Below are positions 27,800 to 38,807 of a stretch of 64,000 nt of DNA, one piece after another. The first letter of the stretch is position 1, and each line of letters opens with the position of its first letter. The notes under the pieces are model-generated. The model did not search any database. It saw nothing but the letters and a program-made list of their open reading frames with translations, and was not told the origin of the DNA. The stretch comes from Christensenellaceae bacterium (GTDB lineage Bacteria; Bacillota; Clostridia; Christensenellales; CALMFG01). The stretch spans positions 2,819 to 66,818 of the forward strand of contig CAXXJI010000006.1 of assembly GCA_963666035.2 (NCBI GenBank), read 5' to 3'. The translations under genes were made by a program, and so were the position numbers.

Positions 27800-29290
27800 G
27801 TGTCAGACGTGTTACTTGAAATGAAAGGAATCCAAAAGTTCTTTCCGGGAGTGCATGCCTTGGATAACGCGCAAATCAGCGTTAAAAGAGGAGAAGTGCA
27901 TGCCTTGGTCGGCGAAAACGGGGCGGGAAAATCCACTATGATGAAAGTCTTAAGCGGCATTTTCCAGCGCGACAGCGGGGAGATTAGTCTTCGAGGAGAG
28001 AAGATTGAACCGATGAATCCAAAACACGCGCAGTCGCTGGGGATTGGCATCATCCATCAGGAACTTAACTTGATGCCGCACTTAACCGTTGCTGAAAACA
28101 TTTTTATTGGTAAAGAACCGATGAAAGGTCTCTTTATCGATAAGACAGCAGAGAACAAACAAGCCAGAGAAATGCTGAAAGCCTTGAGCATTGACATGGA
28201 TCCGACAATTCTGGCAAAAGATTTGACGGTAGCGAAACAGCAGATGGTTGAAATCGCAAAAGCACTTTCCTATCAGAGTGAATTATTCATCATGGATGAA
28301 CCGACAGCCGCATTGACCGAAAGTGAGATTCAGGAGCTGTTCAAGGTGATCCGCGATTTAAAAGCTAAAGGTCATGGCGTCATCTATATTTCGCATCGCT
28401 TAGATGAACTGCCCGAAATTTGTGATACCGTCACAGTGATGCGGGACGGTCAGTATATTGGTACCAAAGGTATCAAAGAGGTGACCAAGCCTGAAATCAT
28501 TAATATGATGGTGGGCCGCACGATTTATGAAAAGCCTAAATCACACAGTACAGTCAATCAAGATGCTCCGATCGTACTGGAAGCTGAGAACTTGGTTGGC
28601 AATAATGTTAAAGATGTTTCATTTTCACTCCGAAAAGGTGAGATTTTAGGATTTGCAGGTCTGATGGGTGCCGGAAGAACCGAAACGATGCGCATTGTCT
28701 TTGGGGCGGACCCAAGAGAAAGTGGAGAAATCATCGTTAACGGACAAAAGGTAACGATTAAATCTCCCAGTGATGCGATATCCAATGGAATCGGGTATTT
28801 GTCCGAAGATAGAAAAGCCTTTGGGCTGGCGATTGGATTAAGCGTTCGGGAAAACAGCGTCATGGCGAATCTGGACGAATTTATGATTGGTCCGTTTACG
28901 AATGATAAAAAAATCGATCAGGTAACGAAACAGTATATCAGCGAAATAGACATCAAGACACCTTCGGTTGACCAATTGGTGCGAAATCTCTCGGGCGGCA
29001 ACCAACAAAAAACGGTTATCGCCAAATGGCTGATTAAAAACAGTAACATATTGATTTTTGATGAACCCACCAGGGGTATTGATGTGGGTGCCAAGCAGGA
29101 AATTTACCGGCTGATGAACGAGTTGGTTTCACAAGGAAAGTCGATCATTATGATTTCCTCTGAAATGCCGGAGTTGCTTCGCATGAGCGATCGTTTGATC
29201 GTGATGTGTGAAGGCCGTGTTACAGGCGAGCTAGACATCTCGGAAGTAACGCAGGAAAAAATCATGACATTAGCAACAATGAATATGTGA
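27800..29290 (+). CDS. Sugar ABC transporter ATP-binding protein, CUT2 (RbsA/MglA-like, two fused ATPase domains)
   Basis: GTG start. 496 aa. Walker A GENGAGKST, a second signature LSGGNQQK, and Walker B IFDEPTRGID. Confidence 0.9.
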   Translation: MSDVLLEMKGIQKFFPGVHALDNAQISVKRGEVHALVGENGAGKSTMMKVLSGIFQRDSGEISLRGEKIEPMNPKHAQSLGIGIIHQELNLMPHLTVAENIFIGKEPMKGLFIDKTAENKQAREMLKALSIDMDPTILAKDLTVAKQQMVEIAKALSYQSELFIMDEPTAALTESEIQELFKVIRDLKAKGHGVIYISHRLDELPEICDTVTVMRDGQYIGTKGIKEVTKPEIINMMVGRTIYEKPKSHSTVNQDAPIVLEAENLVGNNVKDVSFSLRKGEILGFAGLMGAGRTETMRIVFGADPRESGEIIVNGQKVTIKSPSDAISNGIGYLSEDRKAFGLAIGLSVRENSVMANLDEFMIGPFTNDKKIDQVTKQYISEIDIKTPSVDQLVRNLSGGNQQKTVIAKWLIKNSNILIFDEPTRGIDVGAKQEIYRLMNELVSQGKSIIMISSEMPELLRMSDRLIVMCEGRVTGELDISEVTQEKIMTLATMNM

Positions 29291-29300
29291 GGGAAAATAG

Positions 29301-30275
29301 ATGAAAAAAAGATTTGATATTACAAAACTTCTGGCACCGGCGGTGCTGATTCTCCTGTATGCGTTTTTCTCAATCTTCGGAGATAATTTCTTCTCGACAG
29401 AAAAACTGGTGAACATACTGGACGGTTCGTACTACATTGGCTTTATGGCAATCGGTGTCACCTTTGTCATCATCACCGGCGGTATTGACTTATCGCTCGG
29501 CACCAACATGATGTGCGCAGCCCTGTTGGGCGGTATGGCCTATACGGTTTGGGAATGGCCGATGGGTTGGTGTCTTGTATTGGTTGTGTTGGTTTCAACC
29601 ATGATGGGCTTGGTCAACGGTATTATGGTTTCCTATCTTAACCTTCCGCCGTTTATCGCCACCTTGGGTATGATGATGATGGGCATGGGCTTTGGCGCCA
29701 TTGTGACCAAAGTGCAGACCATGCGCTACCCCACCTTCGGCACAGAAGCGGGATGGTTCAAGAACGTATTCTATAAAACTTCAAGCGGCTTACCATTGGG
29801 GGCATTTTGGCTCGCTGCGTTTTTCATCATCGCATATATCCTATTAAACAAAACAAAATTTGGCCGATACACATTTGCTATCGGATCAAACAAAGAAGCT
29901 GCCAGACTTTCGGGCATCAGGATTCGCCCGTGGCTCGCGGCAGTATACACATTCAGCGGCTTTTGCTGCGGGCTTGCAGGCATCATGTATGCAGCTGTTT
30001 ATACGTCCATTATTCCATCAACAGGAAATGGACAGGAATTGCTGGGAATCGCGGGCGTTGTTATCGGCGGAACCAGTATGAGCGGCGGTACAGGAACCTT
30101 GGTTGGAACGATCATTGGTGTTTTCATCATGAGTGTTTTAAAACAAGGTCTGATGTCGATGGGCTTGCAGAGCCACTGGCAGACTTTCTTCACAGGCGTC
30201 GTTGTTATCGGTGCTGTATTGCTTGACCAATACCGTATCAGCAGAGGCAGCCAGGTAAGAAAGCTGAAAGACTGA
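29301..30275 (+). CDS. Sugar ABC transporter permease, CUT2 (RbsC-like)
   Basis: 324 aa and multi-TM, with the ITGGIDLSLG motif typical of the BPD_transp_2 family. Confidence 0.9.
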   Translation: MKKRFDITKLLAPAVLILLYAFFSIFGDNFFSTEKLVNILDGSYYIGFMAIGVTFVIITGGIDLSLGTNMMCAALLGGMAYTVWEWPMGWCLVLVVLVSTMMGLVNGIMVSYLNLPPFIATLGMMMMGMGFGAIVTKVQTMRYPTFGTEAGWFKNVFYKTSSGLPLGAFWLAAFFIIAYILLNKTKFGRYTFAIGSNKEAARLSGIRIRPWLAAVYTFSGFCCGLAGIMYAAVYTSIIPSTGNGQELLGIAGVVIGGTSMSGGTGTLVGTIIGVFIMSVLKQGLMSMGLQSHWQTFFTGVVVIGAVLLDQYRISRGSQVRKLKD

Positions 30276-30317
30276 TATCCTCGGGGACAACCCGTTGGAA
30301 ATAAAAGGAGGAAAAAA

Positions 30318-31457
30318 ATGAAAAGAGTTCTATTGTTGATGCTGGTAGTCGTGATGGTTCTTTCTTTGGCCGCTTGTGGTTCTCCCGAACCCGCAGCTGA
30401 GACGGAAGACATGGCTCCTGCTCAGGAAGAAGTAGCCGCAGATGATGCAACAGCAGAAGTACCGTATATCGCGATCATCTCCAAAGGTTTCCAGCATAAG
30501 TTCTGGCAGACGGTTCTATCCGGTGCTGAAGCTGCTGCTGCAGACTACGGTGTTGAAATGACATTTGACGGTCCTCCGTCAGAATCCGACATTGCTATTC
30601 AGGTTGATATGGTCAATGCCGCGCTCGCGAAGAATCCTGCTGCGTTGTGCTTGGCAGCACTGGATACCGAATCCTTGAACGAACAGCTGAACACCTGTAT
30701 CGAAAAAGGTATTCCGGTAATCGGATTTGACTCTGGTGTTCCGAACGCTCCTGAAGGTTCTATCATCGCTACCGCTTCGACTGACAATGCAGCCGCCGGC
30801 GCAGTTGCTGCTGACGAAATGTTCAAGGCAGCCAGCGTAGCAGCCGCTATTGCAGGCGCTACTGTGGAAGCTCCGATCGTTATCAGTGTTATCAGCCAGG
30901 ATGCTACTTCGGCTTCGATCACTGGACGTACAGACGGTTTTGTAGACAAGATGTTTGAACTCTGTGATGGTGCACAACCCGGCTTGGTTGCTGTAACTGG
31001 CCATGACAAATGGAGCAAAGCTTCTTCTTCTGGCGATGTTGCTATAGAAATCCTTGTTTCTATCGCGGCAACCACCAGCGTTGCTGACTGTCAGACTGCC
31101 GCTCAGGCTGTTCTGCAAAAAGCTCCGGTTGGCGTATTCTGCACAAACTCTGGTTCTGTTGATGGTATGCTGGCTGCGACTACTGACGGTTCCGACCTTG
31201 ACCGTGCAACAGGCAAGTATAAAGACATGATTGTAATCGGCTTTGACTCGGGCGCAACCCTGCTCAACGCGATTACCAATGAATGGTTCTACGGTGCTAT
31301 CACCCAGGATCCGTACATGATCGGTTACTTGGCAGTTGAACTGGCTGTTAAATCACTGAATGGTGAAACGGTTGACACTTTGGTTGACACCGGCGCAAAA
31401 TTCTACGACGCAAACAATATGAATGATCCTGACATCGCTGCTCTGTTGTACGAATAA
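30318..31457 (+). CDS. Sugar ABC substrate-binding lipoprotein, CUT2 (RbsB-like)
   Basis: Lipobox LSLAACGS and an acidic linker. The PBP1 core includes IAIISKGFQHKFW and IPVIGFDSG. Confidence 0.85.
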   Translation: MKRVLLLMLVVVMVLSLAACGSPEPAAETEDMAPAQEEVAADDATAEVPYIAIISKGFQHKFWQTVLSGAEAAAADYGVEMTFDGPPSESDIAIQVDMVNAALAKNPAALCLAALDTESLNEQLNTCIEKGIPVIGFDSGVPNAPEGSIIATASTDNAAAGAVAADEMFKAASVAAAIAGATVEAPIVISVISQDATSASITGRTDGFVDKMFELCDGAQPGLVAVTGHDKWSKASSSGDVAIEILVSIAATTSVADCQTAAQAVLQKAPVGVFCTNSGSVDGMLAATTDGSDLDRATGKYKDMIVIGFDSGATLLNAITNEWFYGAITQDPYMIGYLAVELAVKSLNGETVDTLVDTGAKFYDANNMNDPDIAALLYE

Positions 31458-31480
31458 GCAAAACAGTTGACGAATTAAAA

Positions 31481-31509
31481 AAGGGCAGCCTGTTTAGGTT
31501 GCCCTTTCT
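31481..31509 (+). terminator. Weak intra-operon hairpin (possible attenuating terminator)
   Basis: aagggcagcc / ggttgccctt (one G-U pair) with only a short U-tail. Confidence 0.4.
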
Positions 31510-31560
31510 ATAAAAAGGTTTTCGAAAAAGGCATTAAAAATTAAAATTTGGAGAAAGAAT

Positions 31561-32007
31561 ATGTTAGTAGGCGTGCCAAAACTTTTATCACCAGAAATAG
31601 TTGCGACACTCAGCGAAATGGGGCACAGTGATGTGCTTGTGATTGGAGATGCAAATTTCCCTGGGAAAAAGATTGCAGATAAAGCGGGCATTAAATATTT
31701 ACGCGCTGATGGCATTTCAGGCACTGATTTGCTAGAAGCGGTGCTGACACTGATACCTTGTGATGAATACATTAAAGATCCAATTAAACTGATGCAGAAG
31801 ATGGACAGTGACGCGGATTTAGAAATTCCAATTTGGACAGAATATGAAAAAATCGTAGCGAAGCATGATAAGCGTGGAAAAGATGCGATGCGTTTTGTCG
31901 ATCGTTTTGATTTTTATGATATAGCAAAAGAGGCATTTTGTATCATCCAGTCTGGAGAAGAAGCAATCTATGCCAATGTGATGATACAAAAGGGAGTTAT
32001 TAAATAG
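31561..32007 (+). CDS. fucU: L-fucose mutarotase (RbsD/FucU family)
   Basis: LLSPEIVATLSEMGHSDVLVIGDANFP is colinear with E. coli FucU [27 protein letters not shown]. 148 aa. Confidence 0.85.
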   Translation: MLVGVPKLLSPEIVATLSEMGHSDVLVIGDANFPGKKIADKAGIKYLRADGISGTDLLEAVLTLIPCDEYIKDPIKLMQKMDSDADLEIPIWTEYEKIVAKHDKRGKDAMRFVDRFDFYDIAKEAFCIIQSGEEAIYANVMIQKGVIK

Positions 32008-33516
32008 ATGCAAAAACAGATGCTACTCGGTATAGATATCGGTACGAGCGGCTGTAAGCTGGCGCTGTTTTCAACGGAAAACGGGCTGGTTTGTGATAAA
32101 ACAGTAGCATACCCTGTTTACTACCCACGGCCGGGTTATGTGGAGCAGGAACCGGAAGATTGGTGGCGGGCAGTTTGTGAAGGCACACGCGCACTGATTG
32201 ACGAGAACCAAATTGATCCGAAAGATATTATCGGAGTGGGCGTTGACGGTCAGGGCTGGGCGGCTGTTGCCGTGGATAAAGACGGCAATGTGTTAGCAAG
32301 AAACCCAATTTGGATGGATACCCGATCGAGTGAGATTTGTACTCGGCTGAATACAGATGTGGGTGAAAAAGCGATATTTGATCTAGCGGGGAACCCGCTG
32401 AAGGCTCAATATACCACCGGCAAAATTCTTTGGTATAAGGAACATATGCCGGAAGTATATCAAAAGACTGATAATATATTACAATCTAACAGCTATATCG
32501 TATACAAAATGACCAACGCGATGACCCATGACCTTTCCCAAGGGTACGCCCTGCATTGTTTCGATATGCGAAAAGGCTGTTGGGATGACGATATGGCTAC
32601 GACGCTGGGGATTGACATTGGGCTTCTGCCCGAGTTGGTTAACTGCCATGAAGTGGTCGGCAAAGTCAGCGGCGAAGCGTCCAAGCTGCTGGGCATTTTA
32701 CCAGGCACACCGGTAGTGGCCGGAGGTCTGGATGCCGCTTGCGGCACCTTGGGTGCCGGAGTGGTTCATGAGGGAGAAACGCAGGAACAGGGTGGACAGG
32801 CCGGCGGCATGAGTATCTGTCTGGACACATACTGTGCGCATCCAAGTTTGATTTTAGGGTTTCACGTGGTTCCCGATCTGTGGCTGCTGCAAGGCGGCAC
32901 AACGGGCGGCGGCGGTGTGGTGCGTTGGTTCGATGAGCAATTTGGGTATGAGGAGCATCAAAAAGCCAAGGCACTGGGGACATCTGCACTGAAGCTGATG
33001 GACGACGCGATTAATAAGATACCACCGGGCAGTGAGGGATTGGTGTTTTTGCCCTATATGGCGGGAGAACGTTCGCCACTGTGGAATGAAAATGCGAAAG
33101 GTGTATACTTTGGGTTGGATTTTTCCAAGACCAAGGCGCATATGGCCAGAGCGGCCATGGAAGGTGTTGCCTTCGCGTTAAAGCACAATCTGGAAGTCGC
33201 GCAAAGCGCAGGCGCTGAGGTAACGACTTTGCGGGCTACGGGAGGCGCGGCGAATTCAAAAATCTGGACACAGATGAAAGCGGATATCACGGGCAAACCG
33301 ATTGATGTGCCGGGAGCGGGTATGGAAACCACACTGGGGGCAGCGATTCTGGCCGGAGTCGGGGTGGGAGCATACAGAGATTTTGACGATGCGGTGGCCA
33401 AGAACATCAGCATCAAAAAGACATATATGCCAAACAAGGCAAATCAGGAAATATATGAACAAGGATATCAAACGTATCGGACGCTTTATGAAACGCTAAA
33501 GCCGATGATGCGTTAA
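32008..33516 (+). CDS. FGGY-family carbohydrate kinase (xylulokinase/fuculokinase-like)
   Basis: LLGIDIGTSGCK and TGGAANSKIWTQMKADITG. The ATG directly abuts the fucU stop codon. Confidence 0.85.
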   Translation: MQKQMLLGIDIGTSGCKLALFSTENGLVCDKTVAYPVYYPRPGYVEQEPEDWWRAVCEGTRALIDENQIDPKDIIGVGVDGQGWAAVAVDKDGNVLARNPIWMDTRSSEICTRLNTDVGEKAIFDLAGNPLKAQYTTGKILWYKEHMPEVYQKTDNILQSNSYIVYKMTNAMTHDLSQGYALHCFDMRKGCWDDDMATTLGIDIGLLPELVNCHEVVGKVSGEASKLLGILPGTPVVAGGLDAACGTLGAGVVHEGETQEQGGQAGGMSICLDTYCAHPSLILGFHVVPDLWLLQGGTTGGGGVVRWFDEQFGYEEHQKAKALGTSALKLMDDAINKIPPGSEGLVFLPYMAGERSPLWNENAKGVYFGLDFSKTKAHMARAAMEGVAFALKHNLEVAQSAGAEVTTLRATGGAANSKIWTQMKADITGKPIDVPGAGMETTLGAAILAGVGVGAYRDFDDAVAKNISIKKTYMPNKANQEIYEQGYQTYRTLYETLKPMMR

Positions 33517-33541
33517 CACATAAAGGAAAGATGAAGAACAG

Positions 33542-34597
33542 ATGATGAAAGCAGCAGTCTTAGTGGCCAATGATGATGTACGCTATATGGATATTGAAGA
33601 GCCGCAGGTTTCCGCAGGGATGGTAAAAGTCAATGTCGTGGTTTCGGGGATTTGCGGCTCGGATATCGTTCGCGTCTTAAGGAACGGGGCACATTTCTAT
33701 CCAATCGTTCTTGGACACGAGTTTTCTGGAACCGTGACCGAAGTTGGCGAAGGTGTGGCTAAAGTAAAGGTCGGCGATAAAGTGGCTGGGGTACCGTTGG
33801 TGCCCTGTATGGTGTGCAACCATTGCCAAAAAGGTGATTATGCGCTCTGTAAAAATTACAGCTTTATTGGTTCGCGGGTTAACGGAAGCAATGCGGAATA
33901 TGTTGTTCTGCCCGAACGGAATGTCGTGGTTCTGGCCGAAGCAGTTACCTTTGAGCAAGGGGCATTGTTTGAACCCTCCTCAGTGGCGCTTCACGGCATA
34001 TTGCAGAACCAATTTAGCGGCGGAGAAACCGTAGCCATTTTAGGTGGTGGAACGGTCGGCATGTTTACCCTGCAGTGGGCAAAGCTGCTGGGCGCAAAGT
34101 CAGTTACCGTATTTGATATCAGTGAAAAAAGGTTAAAACTGGCTGAAAAGCTGGGGGCTGACGCGGTGATTAATACCGGTGAAGAAGACTTTTTTGAACA
34201 GGTGGATCAGTTGACACATGGTGAAGGGTATGACTATGTGTTTGAGACCGCGGGCATCACAGTGACCATGCAGTATGCTTTCCGGCTGGCGGCGCCGCGC
34301 GCACGGGTTTGCTTTATCGGTACGCCGACAAAAACGTTAAATTTTACGCCGGAACAGTGGGAAAACATCAATCGCAAAGAATTCTATCTGACAGGTTCTT
34401 GGATGAGTTACAGCGCACCGTTCCCGGGCAGAGAATGGCAGATGACTGCTGAGTATTTTGCAGACGGCAGGCTGAAGATTGAAGAAGAATTTATCGCAGA
34501 ACGTATGCCGATGGAAAATGCCGGGGAGGCGTTTAGGCAATTTTTGACGCCCGGGGCAGTCAACGGCAAGATTTTATTAGTTAATAAGAATATATAA
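33542..34597 (+). CDS. Zinc-dependent medium-chain alcohol/polyol dehydrogenase
   Basis: GICGSD, GHEFSG, a structural-zinc cysteine cluster CMVCNHCQKGDYALC, and the Rossmann motif ILGGGTVG. Confidence 0.85.
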   Translation: MMKAAVLVANDDVRYMDIEEPQVSAGMVKVNVVVSGICGSDIVRVLRNGAHFYPIVLGHEFSGTVTEVGEGVAKVKVGDKVAGVPLVPCMVCNHCQKGDYALCKNYSFIGSRVNGSNAEYVVLPERNVVVLAEAVTFEQGALFEPSSVALHGILQNQFSGGETVAILGGGTVGMFTLQWAKLLGAKSVTVFDISEKRLKLAEKLGADAVINTGEEDFFEQVDQLTHGEGYDYVFETAGITVTMQYAFRLAAPRARVCFIGTPTKTLNFTPEQWENINRKEFYLTGSWMSYSAPFPGREWQMTAEYFADGRLKIEEEFIAERMPMENAGEAFRQFLTPGAVNGKILLVNKNI

Positions 34598-34624
34598 GGG
34601 GAATTTAGGAGGAGGCGTTAAGAA

Positions 34625-35637
34625 ATGGAGCATATTGATCCCAAAAAAGTACCGCAAAGAACACTGTTTGACGGCGGGCAAATGCCCTGCATCGGCATGG
34701 GTACTTTTGGTTCAGATAAATATTCACCGGAACAGGTATCTGACGCAGTGGCAGGCGCGATTGAATCAGGATATCGCATGTTCGATTGCGCGGCGGTATA
34801 CGGCAACGAAAACCGAATTGGCAAAGTGTTTAAAGATGCGTTTGACAAGGGGATCGTGAAACGCGAAGAACTCTTTATCACGACCAAGGTTTGGAATGAT
34901 ATGCACGGGCGAGGCGACGTTCTGCTCTCGATGGCGCAAAGCTTAAAGGATTTGCAGCTGGAGTATATTGATGCGTTTTTTATCCACTGGCCGTTCCCGA
35001 ACTATCATGCGCCCGGATGCGATGGCGACGCTAGAAATCCAAATTCAAAACCGTTTTCGGTCGAAGAATTTATGAACACTTGGCGGCAGTGTGAACGGCT
35101 GGTGGATTTTGGGGCTTACCCGTTATATTGGCATGTCCAATATGACCATTCCTAAATTGGAAGCAGTATTACCGCTCTGTCGCATTAGGCCCGCTGTTAT
35201 CGAGATGGAACTGCATCCGAGTTTCCAGCAAAAAGAACTTTATGATTATATTGAAAAAAAAGGGTATTGTTCCTATCGGCTTTTGCCCTATCGGTTCGCC
35301 CAGCCGTCCTGAGCGGGATAAAACTCCCGACGATGTGGCGGATACCGAACTGCCTGCGATTGTAGAAGCGGCAAAAGCACATGGTGTACATCCGGCGGTG
35401 ATCTGCATCAAATGGTCAGCCCAAAAGGGCGCGGTACCTATTCCTTTTTCGGTCAAAGAAAACCAGTATATCGGTAACTTAAAGTGTGTCTCAGAAGATT
35501 CGCTGAGCGAAGCGGAGATGGCGGCAATCGCTGAATCAGATTTGAATTGCCGCTTGATCAAAGGACAGGTTTTTCTGTGGGAAGGCGCTAAAGGCTGGGA
35601 AGATCTGTGGGATCTGGAGGGAACGATAACTAAATGA
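34625..35637 (+). pseudogene. Aldo/keto reductase split into three reading frames by two +1 frameshifts
   Basis: The AKR sequence continues frame 2 (to ERLVD at ~35106), then frame 3 (GLTRYIGMSNMTIPKLE...YIEKKG), then frame 1 (IVPIGFCPIGSP...). The junctions fall at the T4G4 tract 35107-35114 and the A8G3 tract 35254-35264. Confidence 0.8.
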
Positions 35638-36909
35638 ATACAGCCGAGTTTTTTAGACAACTGATCGCAGAACAAAAAACGCGGAAAAGATGTCGGGATT
35701 TGTTCTGTTTGCAGTGCCAACGAGATGGTGCTGGAAGCGGCGATGGAAGATGCCCGTGATACAGGCAACAAGGTATTGATTGAAGCCACTGCCAATCAGG
35801 TCAATCAATTCGGTGGTTATACACGGATGACGCCTTCTGATTTTATCCACTTTGTAAGCTGCATTGCAAAGCGTGTCGGGCTGAAATCGGATCAGCTGAT
35901 TTTGGGCGGAGACCATCTGGGCCCGTTGGTTTGGAAAGCCGAGCCCGAAGAGGAAGCGATGCCCAAGGCGGAGGTGCTGATCGCACAGTTTGTAGCGGCT
36001 GGGTTTACTAAAATCCATATTGATACCAGTATGCGGCTTGGCAGTGACGATCAGGATAAACCGTTGGCCACCGAAGTGATTGCACAGCGTGCGGCACAAT
36101 TGTGTGCGGCGGCTGAAGCGGCGGCAGTTAGGGAAAAACCCATCTACGTGATCGGCAGTGAAGTGCCGGTCCCTGGCGGGTCAGAAGAAAACGAAGATGA
36201 GATTACAGTCACGACAGTTGCTGATCTGGATGATACGATAAACCAGTTTGAGGAAGCGTTTATCAGGCACAGCCTTGCGGATGCGTTTACGCGGGTTGTG
36301 GGCGTGGTGGTACAGCCGGGCGTGGAATTTGCCGATAATTCAATTATCCGTTATCAGCCGAAAAAAGCGGCGGAGCTGACCCAGCATGTGAAGACGTTGC
36401 CCAATATTGTTTTGGAAGGACATTCAACCGATTACCAAACCAAAAAGGCGTTGGGAGACATGAGAAAGGATGGCATTGCCATCTTAAAAGTCGGCCCGGC
36501 ATTGACGTTCAGTGTACGAGAATCACTTTTTAAGCTGGAAGCCATTGAAAGGGAATTATATCCTTTTTCGCCGGAGGGCGGATATTCGAATTTTGGAGAA
36601 GTCATTGAGAAAAAATTGATGACCGACCCGAAATACTGGATAAACTATTATCATGGGTCGGAGCAGGAAAGAGCATATGCACGCAAATACAGCTTATCGG
36701 ACAGAATCCGATATTATCTGGACGACAGCGATATTCAGGGGGCTATCGTTTGCCTTAAGAAAAACATCAATGATTTAGAACTGCCGTACGGCATGGTGTC
36801 GCAGTATTTTTCAGATGTGCTTGAGACGGTTATGAACTCGGGCAAAAAGATTACGGCTGATATGCTGATTAAGGAACGTGTCAAAAATGTAATAAAGGAT
36901 TACCGTTAA
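35634..36909 (+). pseudogene. AgaZ/GatZ/KbaZ-family protein (tagatose-bisphosphate aldolase accessory / ketose-phosphate epimerase family) with a +1 frameshift at about codon 14
   Basis: The body (VLIEATANQVNQFGGYTRMTPSDF..) is colinear with E. coli GatZ/KbaZ. ATG 35634 opens MNTAEFFRQLIAEQK in frame 3. The conserved GICSVCSANEMVLEAA continues in frame 1 after the A6 run at 35674-35679. An uninterrupted ORF exists only from 35725. Confidence 0.75.
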
Positions 36910-36981
36910 GGGTTAAACACTGACGGCAGAAGAAATAGCAGACAAAATAAGGGAAAAGAAACAAATAGGAGAGGTGTAATT

Positions 36982-38745
36982 ATGGCGATTATAGGAATCA
37001 GACCCACCATTGATGCAAGAGAAGGACGATTGAGCGTTAGAGCAGGATTAGAGAACCAGACCATGAATATGGCCAAATCTGCGGCTAAGCTGATTAGTGA
37101 AAATCTGAAAGACGCAGACGGCAATCCTGTGGAATGTGTGATTGCGGATACAACGATCGGGCGTGTATCTGAGGCGGCGGCGTGTGCGGAGAAATTTGCG
37201 CGCGTGGGTGTTTGCGGTACATTGACGGTGACACCCTGCTGGTGTTATGGATCAGAAACTATGGATATGGATCCGCTGCTGCCCAAGGCGGTTTGGGGAT
37301 TTAACGGCACAGAGCGTCCGGGCGCGGTTTATTTGGCGGCGGTGATGGCGGGACACGCACAGCGCGGTCTGCCGGCTTATTCGATATATGGAAAAGATGT
37401 TCAGGACAGTGACGATACATCGATACCTGATGATGTGGCAGAAAAGATTTTACGTTTTGCAAGAGCTGCGATTGCCGTGGGACAGATGAAAGGCAAATCT
37501 TATCTGGCATGCGGAAACGTTTCCATGGGTATTGCGGGCTCCAAAGTGGACGATGCATTTTTTCAGGATTATCTTGGCATGAGAACCGAGCAGGTGGATA
37601 TGGTCGAGTTTATCAGACGAATCGATGAAGGCATATTTGATCCGGATGAATTCAAAAAAGCATTGGCTTGGGCCAAGGAAAACTGCCATGAAGGCCGCGA
37701 TAAAAATGCGGAGCCGTCATCTCGCGAAGAAAAAGACAGACAATGGGAGTTTGTTGTGAAGTGTGCGTTAATCGCCAAAGACCTGATGGACGGCAATGAA
37801 AAACTGGCGGCACTCGGATTTACCGAAGAAGCTAAGGGCCATAACGCCATTGCGGCGGGCTTCCAGGGCCAGCGTCAGTGGACAGACCATTATCCGAACG
37901 GTGACTTTTTGGAAGCGATGCTTTGTTCATCCTTCGATTGGAACGGAAAACGGAAACCCTATGTGATGGCCACCGAAAACGACGCGCTGAATGGCACAGC
38001 AATGCTGTTTGGCAAGCTTTTGACCAACACGGCGCAGATGTTCAGCGATGTACGGACATTCTGGTCACCCGATGCTGTTAAGCGTGTTACAGGAAAGCCT
38101 TTGACCGGTCAGGCTGAAAACGGGATTATTCATCTGATCAATTCGGGGGCAACCGCATTGGATGCCAGCGGTCAGCAGACAAATAAAGACGGCAAGCCCA
38201 CCATAAAGCCATATTGGGAAATCAGCGACGAAGAAGTGGATAAGTGCCTGAAAGCCACCGACTGGTGCGCGGCAGATTTGGGCTATTTCCGCGGCGGCGG
38301 TTTTAGTTCGCTCTTCTACACCAAAGGCGGTATGCCGGTGACCATGTGCCGTATCAACCTGATTAAAGGTATTGGTCCGGTGCTGCAATTAGCTGAAGGA
38401 TACACGGTTGAGCTGGAAGACGACATGAATCAGATTCTCACTGAAAGAACAGACCCAACATGGCCGACCACTTGGTTTGCACCAAGGATCACCGGAGAGG
38501 GTGCGTTTAAAGATGTTTACAGTGTGATGGCAAATTGGGGAGCGAATCATGGCGCTATCTCGGCGGGCCACATAGGTGCAGATTTAATTACGCTTGCATC
38601 AATGCTGCGTATACCTGTGAATATGCACAATGTTGACAACGGCCAGATTTTCCGTCCTGCGGCTTGGGCAGCATTTGGCACAGAGAATTTGGAAGGCGCA
38701 GATTACAGAGCCTGCAGCACATATGGTTCGGTATATGGCAAATAA
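36982..38745 (+). CDS. fucI: L-fucose isomerase
   Basis: 587 aa, colinear with E. coli FucI throughout ([71 protein letters not shown]). Confidence 0.95.
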   Translation: MAIIGIRPTIDAREGRLSVRAGLENQTMNMAKSAAKLISENLKDADGNPVECVIADTTIGRVSEAAACAEKFARVGVCGTLTVTPCWCYGSETMDMDPLLPKAVWGFNGTERPGAVYLAAVMAGHAQRGLPAYSIYGKDVQDSDDTSIPDDVAEKILRFARAAIAVGQMKGKSYLACGNVSMGIAGSKVDDAFFQDYLGMRTEQVDMVEFIRRIDEGIFDPDEFKKALAWAKENCHEGRDKNAEPSSREEKDRQWEFVVKCALIAKDLMDGNEKLAALGFTEEAKGHNAIAAGFQGQRQWTDHYPNGDFLEAMLCSSFDWNGKRKPYVMATENDALNGTAMLFGKLLTNTAQMFSDVRTFWSPDAVKRVTGKPLTGQAENGIIHLINSGATALDASGQQTNKDGKPTIKPYWEISDEEVDKCLKATDWCAADLGYFRGGGFSSLFYTKGGMPVTMCRINLIKGIGPVLQLAEGYTVELEDDMNQILTERTDPTWPTTWFAPRITGEGAFKDVYSVMANWGANHGAISAGHIGADLITLASMLRIPVNMHNVDNGQIFRPAAWAAFGTENLEGADYRACSTYGSVYGK

Positions 38746-38807
38746 AGAAAAAGACTACAGTGGGGAAACCTTCCCCACTGTATTTTGATGGATGGTGAAA
38801 AAAGAAA

